From: Cyanophyceae cyanobacterium
GTDB lineage: Bacteria; Cyanobacteriota; Cyanobacteriia; Cyanobacteriales; JBHJGN01
Length of the DNA: 64,000 bases
Direction of reading: 5' to 3'
NCBI GenBank assembly: GCA_050331735.1
Contig: JBHJGN010000009.1
Coordinates: 1-64,000, forward strand
Of this stretch, positions 31,307 through 41,850 are shown piece after piece. Each line of letters starts with the position of its first letter. Within the stretch, counting starts at the first letter, position 1. Below the pieces are notes generated by a model, which was not told the origin of the DNA, did not search any database, and was given only the letters and a program-made list of their open reading frames with translations. A program made the position numbers and the translations under genes.

Positions 31307-31846
31307 TTAGCCAAATTTGATTTGCTGTCCCGTCAAATCAGGAATTTTAGCCGCCAGCAAAGGCTCTAGGACTGCCCTAATCTTTTGGGCAGAAGGGGGG
31401 CAACCGGGCAGATAAATGTCAACAGGAACGAGCGCATGGACCGGCTGAACTCGCTGGAGGAGAGAAGGGACAATGCCGGGTGCTGAGGGAATTTGACCTT
31501 GACAATCAGCGTCAATATAACAACGTTGCAGAACGGACTCGCTACTGCCGAGGGGATTACGGAGAGCCGTCACATTGCCCGTCACGGCACAGTCACCGAA
31601 CGAAACTAAAGTTTCAGAGCGATCGCGGACTTGATAAATGAGCGCGAGGTGGTCTTCATTGGCCACGGCTCCCTCGACTAACACCATATCCACTCCTTCT
31701 GGATAGTCTTTGATGTCGGCGAAGGGGCTGTAAACTAAATCAACTTGGGCTGCTAAGTCAAAGAGCCACTCATCCAAGTCAAGAAAAGACATATGACAGC
31801 CAGAGCAGCCCCCAAGCCAAACGGTTGCCAATTTAATTCGGGCCAT
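31307..31846 (-). CDS. hoxY: Bidirectional hydrogenase small subunit
   Basis: WLGGCSGCHMS, GDCAVTG and PGCPP motifs. Confidence 0.95.
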   Translation of the reverse strand: MARIKLATVWLGGCSGCHMSFLDLDEWLFDLAAQVDLVYSPFADIKDYPEGVDMVLVEGAVANEDHLALIYQVRDRSETLVSFGDCAVTGNVTALRNPLGSSESVLQRCYIDADCQGQIPSAPGIVPSLLQRVQPVHALVPVDIYLPGCPPSAQKIRAVLEPLLAAKIPDLTGQQIKFG

Positions 31847-31960
31847 CGTTACGTCTCCTTACGAGTCAACAGGCTAATTGAAACCCAGGCGGCAATTTGG
31901 GCAAACGAGTTGGCGCCAGGGATGCCACCTCTAAAAACACGTCTTTCTGCGATCGCCCCT

Positions 31961-32677
31961 TCAAAACACCCACTGCTGTTTTTGCCTTGCTGTCGCAATA
32001 AATTCTAGCTTGTCGCGGTCATGCTTCATTTCAGCTACCGTAGAACCGCGATGAAAAATTGCTCCTGTGGGGCAAGCGTTGACGCATTTACCACAGGAAG
32101 TACAGCTAGAGGCAGTTCCCCAAGGCTGATTTAAGTCAGTAATGACGTGAGACTGCCAGCCTCGCCCTGCCATATCCCAGGTATGAGCGCCTTCAATCTC
32201 GTCACAGACGCGGACGCAGCGCGTACACAAAACGCAGCGGTTATGGTCAATACCAAAGCGAGCGTGGGAAATATCGACAGGACGGCTAGGAAACTGATAG
32301 TTTAACCGAACGTGATCCATTCCCATCTCTATCGCTAAGTCTTGCAGCTCGCAGTTACCGTTCGACACGCACACTGAGCAGATATGATTACCTTCAGCAA
32401 AGAGCATCTCGACAATGAGACGACGGTATTGTTGCAGTTGTGGCGTATGGGTTTGTACTTCCATGCCTTCTGCCACTTGAGTAACGCAAGCTGGTTGCAG
32501 CTTGGGGCTGCCATCAATTTCGACTAGGCACAGCCGACAGGCTCCGACGGTAGACACGCCTTTGAGATAGCACAAAGTCGGAATGTGAATATCTGCATCC
32601 TGCGCCGCTTCTAAAATGGTCTGCTCTTCGCGGGCGCTGATTAGGCGATCGCCAATGGTTAACGTTTTTACCGCCAT
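31961..32677 (-). CDS. hoxU: Hydrogenase diaphorase Fe-S subunit
   Basis: IPTLC, GACRLC, HICSVC..CELQ and two 4Fe-4S motifs. Confidence 0.95.
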   Translation of the reverse strand: MAVKTLTIGDRLISAREEQTILEAAQDADIHIPTLCYLKGVSTVGACRLCLVEIDGSPKLQPACVTQVAEGMEVQTHTPQLQQYRRLIVEMLFAEGNHICSVCVSNGNCELQDLAIEMGMDHVRLNYQFPSRPVDISHARFGIDHNRCVLCTRCVRVCDEIEGAHTWDMAGRGWQSHVITDLNQPWGTASSCTSCGKCVNACPTGAIFHRGSTVAEMKHDRDKLEFIATARQKQQWVF

Positions 32678-32737
32678 TGCAACTCCACTATTTTTCTCCA
32701 ATTACAGGCAACTAGTGTGTTGACTGTTTCTACTGTC

Positions 32738-32770
32738 AAAGTAGAAAAAAAGAATGAGGAACTTGTGAGG
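32738..32770 (-). promoter_or_regulatory. Direct-repeat box E plus -10 (hoxUY)
   Basis: CCTCACAAGTTCCTCA-N11-TACTTT. Confidence 0.85.
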
Positions 32771-32912
32771 ATAACTGCTCCTATAATCTATCTATATTGA
32801 CTGACGGCAATGATGATTAGAGATGACCTTTGCCTCATCAATCTGGGTTTCGACGGCTAATATGGAACGTTGGTTCGACAAAGCAATTTTTTGAATTAAT
32901 TTTAGTTATTAC

Positions 32913-33461
32913 TTAATATAACAAAAGCTTATCAATAGCAATCTCGACATGAGGAAAGGCTTGAGGCGTTACTGTTCCAGAATGATATTTAACCATTTGT
33001 AAGTATTTGTCTTTGCTGGGCTGAGTGTGAATAATTAACTGCTTATTTTTTAAGTCGATTACCCAATATTCAGAGATTCTATTGCGAGCATAGGTTATAA
33101 CCTTCTCTTCCAGGTCTTTTTTGAGTGTTCGTTGGGACACTTCTATCAACCAATAAATATCTTCTGCATAGGGATGATGAGTCCGATAAATAGTTAAGGG
33201 CAATCTAACAATAGCAATATCTGGTTCGGGTTCGGAATTGTTTAAAGTGATGGGATGCGATTCTCTGACATGAGCTAATCCAGATAGCTTGTTTCGCAGA
33301 TAAATAACGATACTCTCGTTAGTAAAGCTGTGCTCGACCCCCTCTGGACTCATCTCAACGATATCTCCTTCCAACAACTCCACCTTTTGCCCTTCTAGCA
33401 CTCCAGAGTCCACCAGTTCGTGCCATTTATCTATCGACCATTTGTAAGTTGCCCAGACCAT
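32913..33461 (-). CDS. Uma2 (DUF820) family endonuclease-like protein
   Basis: VELLEG.IVEMSP, SEPEPD, LIEVS and EYWVIDL motifs. Confidence 0.88.
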   Translation of the reverse strand: MVWATYKWSIDKWHELVDSGVLEGQKVELLEGDIVEMSPEGVEHSFTNESIVIYLRNKLSGLAHVRESHPITLNNSEPEPDIAIVRLPLTIYRTHHPYAEDIYWLIEVSQRTLKKDLEEKVITYARNRISEYWVIDLKNKQLIIHTQPSKDKYLQMVKYHSGTVTPQAFPHVEIAIDKLLLY

Positions 33462-33531
33462 GTCCTAAGCTCATCAGTGACTACAAGCTGATTTTACTCT
33501 ATTGCTATCAGACTATCGTCAAAGCGAATTT

Positions 33532-33564
33532 CCTCGTGAGTTCCTCAAATTACTTGCCTATGTA
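33532..33564 (+). promoter_or_regulatory. Direct-repeat box F, degenerate
   Basis: CCTCGTGAGTTCCTCA-N11-TATGTA; precedes broken ORFs. Confidence 0.6.
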
Positions 33565-33885
33565 CATACTTAAGCGAGGTAAATAAGATGTTCAATAAAT
33601 AATTCTCTCTTGAGAAAATTTTTGTCCGAATCTAAAAGAACTTTGTGAGTACAGCGACTACGAGAAGCATTATGCCCGCTTCGGTAGCGTGTTCCGATAG
33701 GCTTTGGGGCAACAGAATGTCGGCTGTATCGAGAGAATATTGCTCGTCAACCGGTACTGCTGATTGTGGTTGTGGCTAGCCATCACCGCTGCATTGTTAA
33801 CCTTTTTGGCTGGGGCAGAACTATTTAGAGCAAAATTGCTCTATGAACAGCTTTTGTTAGTTTAGGTTAAGAAAAGGAGAAGCAG

Positions 33886-34367
33886 ATGCTCAACAAAATC
33901 TGGTTGAGAATTCTGGCTCTACTGGCGATTACAGTTCTAATGGCGATCGTTGTGCGAGGGAGAAACGCTCGAGTCGCTAGTCAAATCTGGCGATCGCTCG
34001 CCACTCCACCCCCGACCGAGAAATTTACCCCAGAAATGGTTGCCGACTTACCCGAACCTGTCGGGCGTTCGATGACAACACCATCACAGCTAGCTTCGAG
34101 ATTGACGAAGAAACCATTACGCTTACCTTAGCGATCGATCGCAATGGCAGGTTGCTCCAGGTGATGATGCCGCGCTGGGGAGAGGACAAGCTAGAGAAGG
34201 AAAAGTTTGCTTATCTCCCCTACGGTGCAACGGTGTACAAAGAAGCTACGTTCGAGGGCTATACAATTCCCTCGCAGCTCGGTGTAGGCTGGTGGTTTGG
34301 CACAGAGCGGTATGAGGAAACTTTCTGCGCTACGGTTGACCAAGCAGATTACCTTGAGCAGGAATAA
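33886..34367 (+). pseudogene. DUF6544/DUF6920-like gene, split with an internal deletion
   Basis: N-terminal TM plus FTPEMVADLPEPV in one ORF; RWG...F.GYTIPS....GWWFG C-terminal part in a second ORF. Confidence 0.6.
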
Positions 34368-34513
34368 ACTCTGATGAGATGTTTATCCAAGTCTTTTAGC
34401 AAGATCGTTCCTGAACTCTTGTCAAGAAAAACACTTATTGAACTTAGAATAAAAAGCAGATTAAGTTGGTAGTGTAAAGCGTTACAGGCAGATTTTCTTA
34501 AGCCTTTAGAAAA

Positions 34514-34942
34514 ATGCTAAAAAATAATATAGATATAGAGTATGATTCCTGGCTACTAGAACAAGCAGAACTACTACGGCAACGGGACTTTGAGCATCTA
34601 GATATAGAGAATTTGGTCGAGGAGCTAGAAGCATTGGTAAGAGGTGAAAAGTCTTCCGTAGAGCAGTTTGCCTATTTAATCATGCTTCACCTTTTACTCA
34701 TTGAATACTGGCACGAGCAGTCTGAATGGAATCGTAATCATTGGGAAGCGGAAATAACGGGATTTCGCCTACAGCTTAATAACAAATTAACAACTAATTT
34801 ACGTCGTTACCTTTTAGAACGTCTTGATTTTCTATATAGCAAAGCCTATCAAGCTGCGGTTAAAAAAACTAAGAGCAGCATCAAGGGCGATCGCTTTCCT
34901 AAAGAGCGAAAATATAGTTTAGAAGAGATACTTGACGATTGA
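34514..34942 (+). CDS. DUF29 family protein
   Basis: W..EQAELLR..DFEHLDIENLVEELE, HLL, W..EI..FR and FP...YS.EEILD motifs. Confidence 0.88.
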   Translation: MLKNNIDIEYDSWLLEQAELLRQRDFEHLDIENLVEELEALVRGEKSSVEQFAYLIMLHLLLIEYWHEQSEWNRNHWEAEITGFRLQLNNKLTTNLRRYLLERLDFLYSKAYQAAVKKTKSSIKGDRFPKERKYSLEEILDD

Positions 34943-35081
34943 TAAGCAGGGTGAGCGAGAAGACGCGATCGCCTCCTTAAATTCGTAATTTCTCCTAATT
35001 TCAAGTCTCCAAGAAGAAATAGAATAGGCAGGCGAACATACAGATCGTAATTGTTAGGTGAAGGATTTGGCTCGCACGTAA

Positions 35082-35230
35082 TACCATTTACCGAAAGTAG
35101 TCAGATAGTTCCTTAAACTAACTAAGCATTGGAGGTTCAAGGGCAAAGAGCTGCTGTGCTTCCCTTTCCCCTTGACCCCTTCCCCTTTCCCCCAACTCAT
35201 CAAGTCTCCGATTACTTTTTCTAATTGGTA
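35082..35230 (-). mobile_element. MITE copy 4 (149 bp, TAA target duplication)
   Basis: TACCATTT...AATTGGTA with TAA flanks; closest to copy 1. Confidence 0.88.
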
Positions 35231-35467
35231 TAACATCTCGATACATCACGCTTGGGTTGTCTAGCTTGAGCCTCTTTTGCACGGTTTTCCATCGCTACAG
35301 ATCAGAACCAGTTGTCCGTTGACGGCTGAGCGTTCGAGTCGTTCATGGGCGTGTGCTGCTTCAGTTAGAGGGAGGCGATCGCTCTGATCTTAAATTGAGT
35401 ACGACGGGGAGAAAATTCAACCCTGAAGAGAAAGACAATCCACAGGATAATCATTTTTTCTGGGTCA

Positions 35468-37072
35468 CTAATCGCCATCGCTTTTTTTCTCCCTATTCCT
35501 AATCAATGCCAAATACTCCTCCCGGAAATATCGCAACGTACTCAAAACGGGGTTGGGGGCAGACTGTCCTAGTCCACACAAGCTGGTATGTTTCACCATA
35601 TCGCACAAGGTTTCTAGTAATTCTAAGTCTGCCAGCGAAGCTTTGCCCTCTCGAATCTTTGTCAGGAGTTGATAAAGCTGTACCGTCCCCGCACGACAGG
35701 GAATGCACTTGCCGCAGGATTCATCCATGCAAAATTCCATGAAAAAGCGGGCGACATCTACCATATTTGTGCTTTCATCCATCACAACCATGCCGCCAGA
35801 CCCCATAATCGAGCCGAGATGGGTCAACGATTCGTAGTCTACTGGGGTATCCAAAGCCGTCGCTGGAAGGCACCCGCCTGAAGGTCCACCCGTTTGCACC
35901 GCTTTAGCAGTGCCGCCATCAGGAACGCCTCCCCCCATGTCTTCTACAATTTCTCGCAACGGGATTCCCATCGGCACCTCAATTAACCCCGCATGGCGGA
36001 CTTTGCCTGCTAAAGAAAACACCTTGGTCCCTTTGCTGGTTTCGGTTCCGATATTGGCAAACCAGTCGGCTCCTTGGCGAATAATTGTCGGGACGTTGGC
36101 GAACGTTTCGACATTGTTAATTAGGGTTGGATAGCCCCACAAGCCTGATTCCGCTGGATAAGGAGGACGAGGACGAGGTAGCCCCCGCTTGCCCTCGATT
36201 GAGGCCATTAGTGCCGTTTCTTCGCCACAGACGAACGCTCCTGCCCCAATGCGCAGGTCGATGCGCAAGTCGAAGGGAGACTCAAAAATTTGGCTGCCCA
36301 ATATCCCGTAGCGCCGTGCTTGCCGGATAGCAGTTTGCAGATGGCTAATCGCGAGGGGATACTCGCCGCGCACGTAGATAAACCCTTGATGAGCGCCCAC
36401 GGCGTAAGCCGCGATCGCCATTCCTTCTAAAACACGGTGCGGGTCGCTTTCCAGTACGCTGCGGTCCATAAATGCCCCAGGGTCACCCTCATCGGCATTG
36501 CAGATCGCATATTTTTGCGGACTCTGGGCTTTGGCAACCGTTGCCCACTTTAAACCCGTTGGGTATCCGGCTCCTCCCCGTCCCCGCAGACCACTACGGG
36601 TAATTTCCTCGACAACTTCGCTCGGATTCATGTCTCGCAGGACGTGATAGAGTGCCTGGTAGCCATCTGCGGCAATGTAGTCGTCGATCTGTTCTGGATC
36701 GATCTGGCCGCTGTTTTCAAGAACAATTTTAAGCTGGCGGGTAAAGAACGGACGATCTAGATTGCCTGGCGACATGGAAACGCTCTGGCCTTGGATACTA
36801 GCAACGATCGCGGAGGCATCTTCTGGAGTCACCTGTTCGTATACCGTTCCCGTATCGATCTGTACTAAGGGACCGCGACTGCACAATCCCATACAGCCAA
36901 CGCCTCGAACCTGTACCTTCCCGCCTAACCCCGCTTCTGTCACCGCCTCTTCCAAACGCTCTTTGACGGTGACGGCATCAGCCGAGAAACAGCCTCCCAC
37001 TGTACAGCACCGGATACAGGTTTGCGGTCTCGGGCGATGTTGAGCGAGCGCTCGTAATTCTTCAAGATCCAT
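35468..37072 (-). CDS. hoxF: Hydrogenase diaphorase NADH/FMN subunit
   Basis: [28 protein letters not shown] and [10 protein letters not shown] motifs. Confidence 0.95.
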   Translation of the reverse strand: MDLEELRALAQHRPRPQTCIRCCTVGGCFSADAVTVKERLEEAVTEAGLGGKVQVRGVGCMGLCSRGPLVQIDTGTVYEQVTPEDASAIVASIQGQSVSMSPGNLDRPFFTRQLKIVLENSGQIDPEQIDDYIAADGYQALYHVLRDMNPSEVVEEITRSGLRGRGGAGYPTGLKWATVAKAQSPQKYAICNADEGDPGAFMDRSVLESDPHRVLEGMAIAAYAVGAHQGFIYVRGEYPLAISHLQTAIRQARRYGILGSQIFESPFDLRIDLRIGAGAFVCGEETALMASIEGKRGLPRPRPPYPAESGLWGYPTLINNVETFANVPTIIRQGADWFANIGTETSKGTKVFSLAGKVRHAGLIEVPMGIPLREIVEDMGGGVPDGGTAKAVQTGGPSGGCLPATALDTPVDYESLTHLGSIMGSGGMVVMDESTNMVDVARFFMEFCMDESCGKCIPCRAGTVQLYQLLTKIREGKASLADLELLETLCDMVKHTSLCGLGQSAPNPVLSTLRYFREEYLALIRNREKKSDGD

Positions 37073-37577
37073 TTTCTAAGCACTCCTTCAGGCGACTAAT
37101 CACAATCTCAGGGGTCTGATGCCCTTCTACTTGTCCGTCAAACACAACTGCGGGGGCAATGCCACACGCTCCCAAGCAGCGGGCGGTCACGAGGGAAAGC
37201 TGACCGTCAGGGGTGGTTTCGCCCGCCTGAATGTGATTGACCTGCTCTAAGGTGGTGAGTAATTTGGCGGCTCCTTTAACGTAACAAGCAGTCCCCAGAC
37301 AGACAACGCAGGTATGGGCTCCTTTTTGTTTCAGGGAAAAGAAGTGATAGAAAGTTGCGACCCCATAAACTCGACTGGGAGGCAGTTTTAAACTCCGAGC
37401 CAGGTAGAGCAGTAAATCTTCTTCTAAATAGCCAAACAGTTCCTGAGCCTGATGCAGCACCTCAATGAGGGCCTCCTGGGCGTACTGATGGCGTTTCATG
37501 GTGGCTTCGAGCATCCGAAAGCGCTTGTCGCCGCTGGGGTGATACACAGTAACTGAACTTTGGGGACGATCGCTCAT
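37062..37577 (-). CDS. hoxE: Hydrogenase diaphorase 2Fe-2S subunit
   Basis: [16 protein letters not shown] and CLGACG motifs. Confidence 0.95.
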   Translation of the reverse strand: MSDRPQSSVTVYHPSGDKRFRMLEATMKRHQYAQEALIEVLHQAQELFGYLEEDLLLYLARSLKLPPSRVYGVATFYHFFSLKQKGAHTCVVCLGTACYVKGAAKLLTTLEQVNHIQAGETTPDGQLSLVTARCLGACGIAPAVVFDGQVEGHQTPEIVISRLKECLENGS

Positions 37578-38086
37578 GGGTTTGTGGTCCTATTTGATGT
37601 CGGCAGCTCGGATGAATCTCTGTTTTGACTCTCCTTCGTATCGATCGGGGGATGAACAATCAGAACCGAACAGTGAGCATTATGCTTGACGTAGTTACTA
37701 ACGCTCTCTAGAAAGGAACCCCTCACGTCAGCGCGATCGCGACTGCCGACAACGATGAGGTCGGCGTACCAAGTCTGGGCTAGAGCACAGATGCCGTAGC
37801 CCGGATCGCCAAAGGTTTGGGCCACTTCGGTCTGTACGTGGGCAGCCGTCGCTCTTTGGGCCAGCGATCGCAGTTGCTTGATGCTATGAGTTTGGAAGTT
37901 GTGCCATTGCTGTGGATAAGCTTTGAGTGGATAACGGTTAAGAGTCGGATAGTGCTTGTCTTGAGATGACAACACGTGAAGCAGCATCAGTCGGGCATGG
38001 CTTAATTTAGCTAGCTCTAACACTGGCTCAAAAATCACCTCACTGTCGGTGAAGTTGGCGATGGCGACCAGAATTTTCGTAAACAT
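37574..38086 (-). CDS. Universal stress protein
   Basis: KILVA, ADLIVVG and SVSNYVKHNAHCSVLIV; ATGA overlap with hoxE. Confidence 0.88.
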   Translation of the reverse strand: MFTKILVAIANFTDSEVIFEPVLELAKLSHARLMLLHVLSSQDKHYPTLNRYPLKAYPQQWHNFQTHSIKQLRSLAQRATAAHVQTEVAQTFGDPGYGICALAQTWYADLIVVGSRDRADVRGSFLESVSNYVKHNAHCSVLIVHPPIDTKESQNRDSSELPTSNRTTNP

Positions 38087-38149
38087 CTTGTCTGCCTCCA
38101 GCTAGCAAAGATTCTCATCGGTTTCCAACAAATCGTTGTCTTTACTAGT

Positions 38150-38182
38150 GTTATAGAGACATAAATTGAGGAACTTGTGAGG
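38150..38182 (-). promoter_or_regulatory. Direct-repeat box G plus -10 (usp-hoxEF)
   Basis: CCTCACAAGTTCCTCA-N11-TATAAC. Confidence 0.85.
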
Positions 38183-38209
38183 GCTTCCCAAAAACAGAAA
38201 AATTTAGTT

Positions 38210-38242
38210 CCTCACAAGATCCCCAACTTTTGTTTTTAGGCT
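38210..38242 (+). promoter_or_regulatory. Direct-repeat box H plus -10 (divergent small genes)
   Basis: CCTCACAAGATCCCCA-N11-TAGGCT. Confidence 0.78.
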
Positions 38243-38317
38243 GAGAACATAGTCCAGATTCTAAGTTTAGGTGTGTCTCTGTCATTGACACTCCCTAAAA
38301 GACTAGCAAGGAGAAAT

Positions 38318-38515
38318 ATGTCTACCAAGAGTTGTCCCTGCTGCCAGGGAACTTTACTTCGTCATATTCGGTGCAACAAGATTTACTGGTACTGCTCAAG
38401 CTGTCGCCAGAACATGCCCGATTGGCCTTCACTCACCCGTGAGGCATCTTCTCACAGACGAGAACAACGGGGCTTAGAGCTAATGCCAGAAGTGGTAGAA
38501 GCTTGGGCAAATTAA
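38318..38515 (+). CDS. Small zinc-ribbon-like cyanobacterial protein
   Basis: AAGGAG RBS; CPCC...LLRHIR....YWYC..CRQ.MP. Confidence 0.75.
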   Translation: MSTKSCPCCQGTLLRHIRCNKIYWYCSSCRQNMPDWPSLTREASSHRREQRGLELMPEVVEAWAN

Positions 38516-38616
38516 CAACTAAAGTTGCTGTGAAGGGTCTGCGAGTAGTTTGATCCGGTTGACGTTAGAGGCTGGGCTGAACGCTTGTGTTTGTATCACT
38601 ATACATAGGAAGCTTT

Positions 38617-38859
38617 ATGAACAACCTCACCAATTTTTTCAAGACTCTCCCTGTGGTGGGAAGAAATATGCCCTGGTGGGTCAAAATTCAAACAACTGCT
38701 CCTCAATGTACCTACTACTTTGGTCCTTTTGCTAGCGCTCGCGAAGCCAAAAACTATCGCCACGGCTACGTTGAGGATCTCGCTCAGGAAAAGGCTCAGG
38801 GAATTGCTGTCGCCATTGAGCGGTGTCAGCCCAAGCTGTTAACAATTTATGATGAATAG
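38617..38859 (+). CDS. DUF1816 family protein
   Basis: WWVKIQT..P.CTYYFGPF, GY.EDL..E and P..LTI motifs. Confidence 0.82.
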   Translation: MNNLTNFFKTLPVVGRNMPWWVKIQTTAPQCTYYFGPFASAREAKNYRHGYVEDLAQEKAQGIAVAIERCQPKLLTIYDE

Positions 38860-38940
38860 TCGAAGCGGCAAGGTGTTCACCCTAACCGAAGCGGCGCCAA
38901 AAGCAGTTCGTGTCTTCATGAACTAGTTGTGAGCTGACTT

Positions 38941-39474
38941 CTAGTCAGTCGCTTCTTGATTAGCAACGGCGCGGGTCGCCTCGCCGTCTGGCGAAGAGAT
39001 TCCTTGCACAACTAAGACGGAACAGGGAGCGTGGTGAACAACGGTATTACTAACGCTCCCTAACAGCATTTCGGTTAATCCCTGACGACCTCGACGACCG
39101 AGGACGATCAAATTGGCGTTCCAACTGCGGGCAGTATCAATAATTCCCTGACTGGGCTGGCCGAGAACGCAGTCATATTCTGCAACGACACCGCGAGCCG
39201 TTGCCTGTTGGGAATAATTTCTCAGCCAATCCCGGACTGTCTCCCTTTCCTCCTCAAGCCGCTGCTGGACGATCTGAGGGAAAGATTCGTAGGTTTCTCC
39301 TAGGGCGACACCTACATAGGGATAACTATGACCATACTGTTTTTCGTGTTCCCATTCCAGCACGTGAATCAGCATCAGCCGGCTGCCCATCGTTTGGGCT
39401 GTTTCTAAGGCTTGCTCAAAAATAGCGGGGGATAGAGATGAACGATCTAGCGCGACCAGTATCTTTTGCCACAT
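38941..39474 (-). CDS. Universal stress protein
   Basis: KILVALD and GRRGRQGL.E.LLGSVSN..VHHAPCSV motifs. Confidence 0.92.
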   Translation of the reverse strand: MWQKILVALDRSSLSPAIFEQALETAQTMGSRLMLIHVLEWEHEKQYGHSYPYVGVALGETYESFPQIVQQRLEEERETVRDWLRNYSQQATARGVVAEYDCVLGQPSQGIIDTARSWNANLIVLGRRGRQGLTEMLLGSVSNTVVHHAPCSVLVVQGISSPDGEATRAVANQEATD

Positions 39475-39483
39475 GGTTTTCTC

Positions 39484-39882
39484 CTATGTTTGTGATGGGT
39501 GAGGACTCGGCTGATAATCAGAAGCCAGCCGTTTTGGGAAATGGCTCGCTGCACTCGTCGTTAGCTGAGTGACGCTAGCAAGACTAACGGCGGGGCGGTA
39601 GTAAGAAACTCCGCGCCACTTGAGCTCAATTCTTGATTGCGGGTGGTAAGACTTGGGGACGAGAGCGCCCCTCGGCTGATATTCTTTATGCCAGCAGCGC
39701 TCTAGCTTTTCCGCGTACGCTTGTTTCCAATTCCAGCAGCGTTCGAGATAAGCAATTTTGTAGGAGCGCCAGAGCTGGCAAGGATTGTAAATTGGTTTAG
39801 TTTTGGAGTAAGCAATCCGCCATAGATGAGGCTGGAGTGGAACGAGGAATTTTACTTTTCCTGGAGGAGGAAGTAATTTCAT
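39484..39882 (-). CDS. Hypothetical basic protein with a DUF4278-like LKWRGVSY motif
   Basis: GAGG RBS; repeated AY.E(K)LERCW segment; LKWRGVSY. Confidence 0.55.
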   Translation of the reverse strand: MKLLPPPGKVKFLVPLQPHLWRIAYSKTKPIYNPCQLWRSYKIAYLERCWNWKQAYAEKLERCWHKEYQPRGALVPKSYHPQSRIELKWRGVSYYRPAVSLASVTQLTTSAASHFPKRLASDYQPSPHPSQT

Positions 39883-40068
39883 GGCTGCAAAACCTCTGAT
39901 GCTGCAATAAACTTGGTTATTTCAAGCTATGAGCGAAAAGCAGCTTCACTAATCGTTACAAATGACGAGAGAACAGTTTTAGGTCAAAGTATACGAGTCT
40001 TGAACGCTTTTGCGTCTCTCGTCGGAGAAAGAGTTTGCGCTGTTTGTTAAGAAGCCACCGTTTCACGG

Positions 40069-40593
40069 TCAAGATTCAGTCGGAGTTAACGCTGACTCCG
40101 GCTGCAAATCAGTCTCAGACAGGAGCGGTGGGTGAACGACCATCACCGAGCAAGGAGCGTGGTGAACGACATAGTTGCTGACACTGCCTAAAAGGAGCTC
40201 CTTCAGTCCGCTGAGTCCCCTTCTGCCAATAACGATCAGGTCCGCCTCCCAGTTAAGCGCCAATTCACAAATCTGGCGGCTAGGGTTGCCGTAAAGCTGC
40301 GTTGTTTCTGCGCTAACCCCGTTAGCGATGGCTCGCTCGCTAAAGGAGCGCAGCAGCTCTACCCCCTCTTGCTCAAATGCCTGCCACTGCTTCTGATAAA
40401 GCTCCTCAACTGCATCATTCAGGATGGGTTCGTAGTATCCAGCAACAATTCGAGTGGGGCTGTTTTTTTCTTGATTAGAGAGAACGTGCAATAGCATCAC
40501 GGTAGCTCCAGTGGCTTTGGCGATAGACAAAGCTTGTTCAAAGACAACAGTTCGGGTTGATGAGCGATCAATGGCGACTAAAATCTTTTTCAT
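40069..40593 (-). CDS. Universal stress protein
   Basis: KKILVAID and GRRGLSGLKELLLGSVSNYVVHHAPCSV motifs. Confidence 0.92.
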   Translation of the reverse strand: MKKILVAIDRSSTRTVVFEQALSIAKATGATVMLLHVLSNQEKNSPTRIVAGYYEPILNDAVEELYQKQWQAFEQEGVELLRSFSERAIANGVSAETTQLYGNPSRQICELALNWEADLIVIGRRGLSGLKELLLGSVSNYVVHHAPCSVMVVHPPLLSETDLQPESALTPTES

Positions 40594-40631
40594 GATCTAA
40601 ACCTCTATGAAGCTTTTCTGGCTATATCTTT

Positions 40632-40664
40632 GTTGTAAGTTAATAAATTGAGGAAGTTGTGAAG
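40632..40664 (-). promoter_or_regulatory. Direct-repeat box I plus -10 (usp unit)
   Basis: CTTCACAACTTCCTCA-N11-TACAAC. Confidence 0.8.
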
Positions 40665-40693
40665 AACGCACTTAACGACTAGCAAAACTCGAC

Positions 40694-41377
40694 TCAGGCA
40701 GATTGGAGATGAGAAATAAACCAGTCTCTTGCCAGTTGTGCGGCTCTCTGGGCTACGCCTAGTTCTGTGAATGAATGCGTTGCCTCCCGGACAATTTCGA
40801 GGTGCTTTTCAGTTTGTAGCAAGGCGATCGCATCTTGATTCATGCCGACTCCCAGAAAATCTTGCTCGCCAACAATGAGCAAGGTGGGAGCTTGAACGTT
40901 TGCCAACACCGGACCCACTAGATCTAAATACCCACTGCAAGAAACAAGCGCGGCTACCGCATCTGGACGTTTTGCCGCTGCTGCTAGGGCAGCACAGGCT
41001 CCAGCGCTAGAGGCAAAGTAGCCTACCTTGATGGGGGCACTCCAAAACTGCTTTAACCAGTCTGTTGCCACCAGCAGCCGCTCAGAGAGTAAAGCAGTGC
41101 TGTGGCGCAGACAGTACCGGGTACGCCGGTCGGTGTCTTCTTCTTCCGGGGTCAGAAAATTGACTAACAGACTTGCCAACCCCGCCTGTTGCAAAACTTG
41201 AGCAATGTAGTGATAAAGAGGGCTGTCGTGGCAGCAGCCGCTAGCGGGGACGAACACAACGGCTCCCTTCGCGTTCGTGGGAATCTGAAGCGTTCCACGA
41301 AGGAAAAGCGAACCGCTGGGAATTGACACGAGATTTCGATGATATTGGATAACTGTCTTCATCTGTCTGTGCTCCAT
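40694..41377 (-). CDS. Dienelactone-hydrolase-like alpha/beta hydrolase
   Basis: LTPEEE, GYF.SS.GA, VQAPTLLIVG and ATH.F.E...A.DWF motifs. Confidence 0.75.
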   Translation of the reverse strand: MEHRQMKTVIQYHRNLVSIPSGSLFLRGTLQIPTNAKGAVVFVPASGCCHDSPLYHYIAQVLQQAGLASLLVNFLTPEEEDTDRRTRYCLRHSTALLSERLLVATDWLKQFWSAPIKVGYFASSAGACAALAAAAKRPDAVAALVSCSGYLDLVGPVLANVQAPTLLIVGEQDFLGVGMNQDAIALLQTEKHLEIVREATHSFTELGVAQRAAQLARDWFISHLQSA

Positions 41378-41441
41378 TCAGGTGCGAAAATGCCCGCCCC
41401 CGGAGAGAGCGGGTTGTCAAATAAGAATCAAATTAAATAGA

Positions 41442-41816
41442 TTAACTCATGGCTGCGGGCGAGCGGTCGTAGGTCGCTGCAAAACCAGAGGGGAACTCGC
41501 CTTGAATGCGGTTGCAGTAGCAGGATACATCTGCCTGTAAACCAACCTCGCTAGCTAATCGACTCAGCATCGTTAGCTCGCGGCGCTTGATAGCACGATG
41601 GTGCTTCATCATCAGACGGCGCGATCGCTCTTGGATTGAGGAAACGGCTGGAGGACGACTAGCCCTGCTCGTTTCCCCCGCATCTAGCTGAGGGGCGGCT
41701 TGACCTGTGCCAGAAAAAGCGAGGTCTACACCTCGATGCTTCCCCGTAGCTTTGATATCGCCTTGAGCAAGTTTCGGCGAATTGTCTTTATAACTAACGC
41801 TGCGATATTTGATCAT
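41442..41816 (-). CDS. gifB: IF17-like glutamine synthetase inactivating factor
   Basis: N-terminal YR.V.Y/HRGV (DUF4278-type) repeats plus IF7-like C-terminus R.LMM.HH..IK.R...MLSRLA.EVG...RIQG...TYDRS.AAMS; preceded by a glnA-type riboswitch. Confidence 0.75.
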   Translation of the reverse strand: MIKYRSVSYKDNSPKLAQGDIKATGKHRGVDLAFSGTGQAAPQLDAGETSRASRPPAVSSIQERSRRLMMKHHRAIKRRELTMLSRLASEVGLQADVSCYCNRIQGEFPSGFAATYDRSPAAMS

Positions 41817-41850
41817 ATTCCTCGCCTCCTTGATGTTTGTCATTAAGTAA

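Noticed and set aside
38593..38606. TGTATCACTATACA as an NtcA site
   Set aside because: Spacing is GTA-N6-TAC, not N8.
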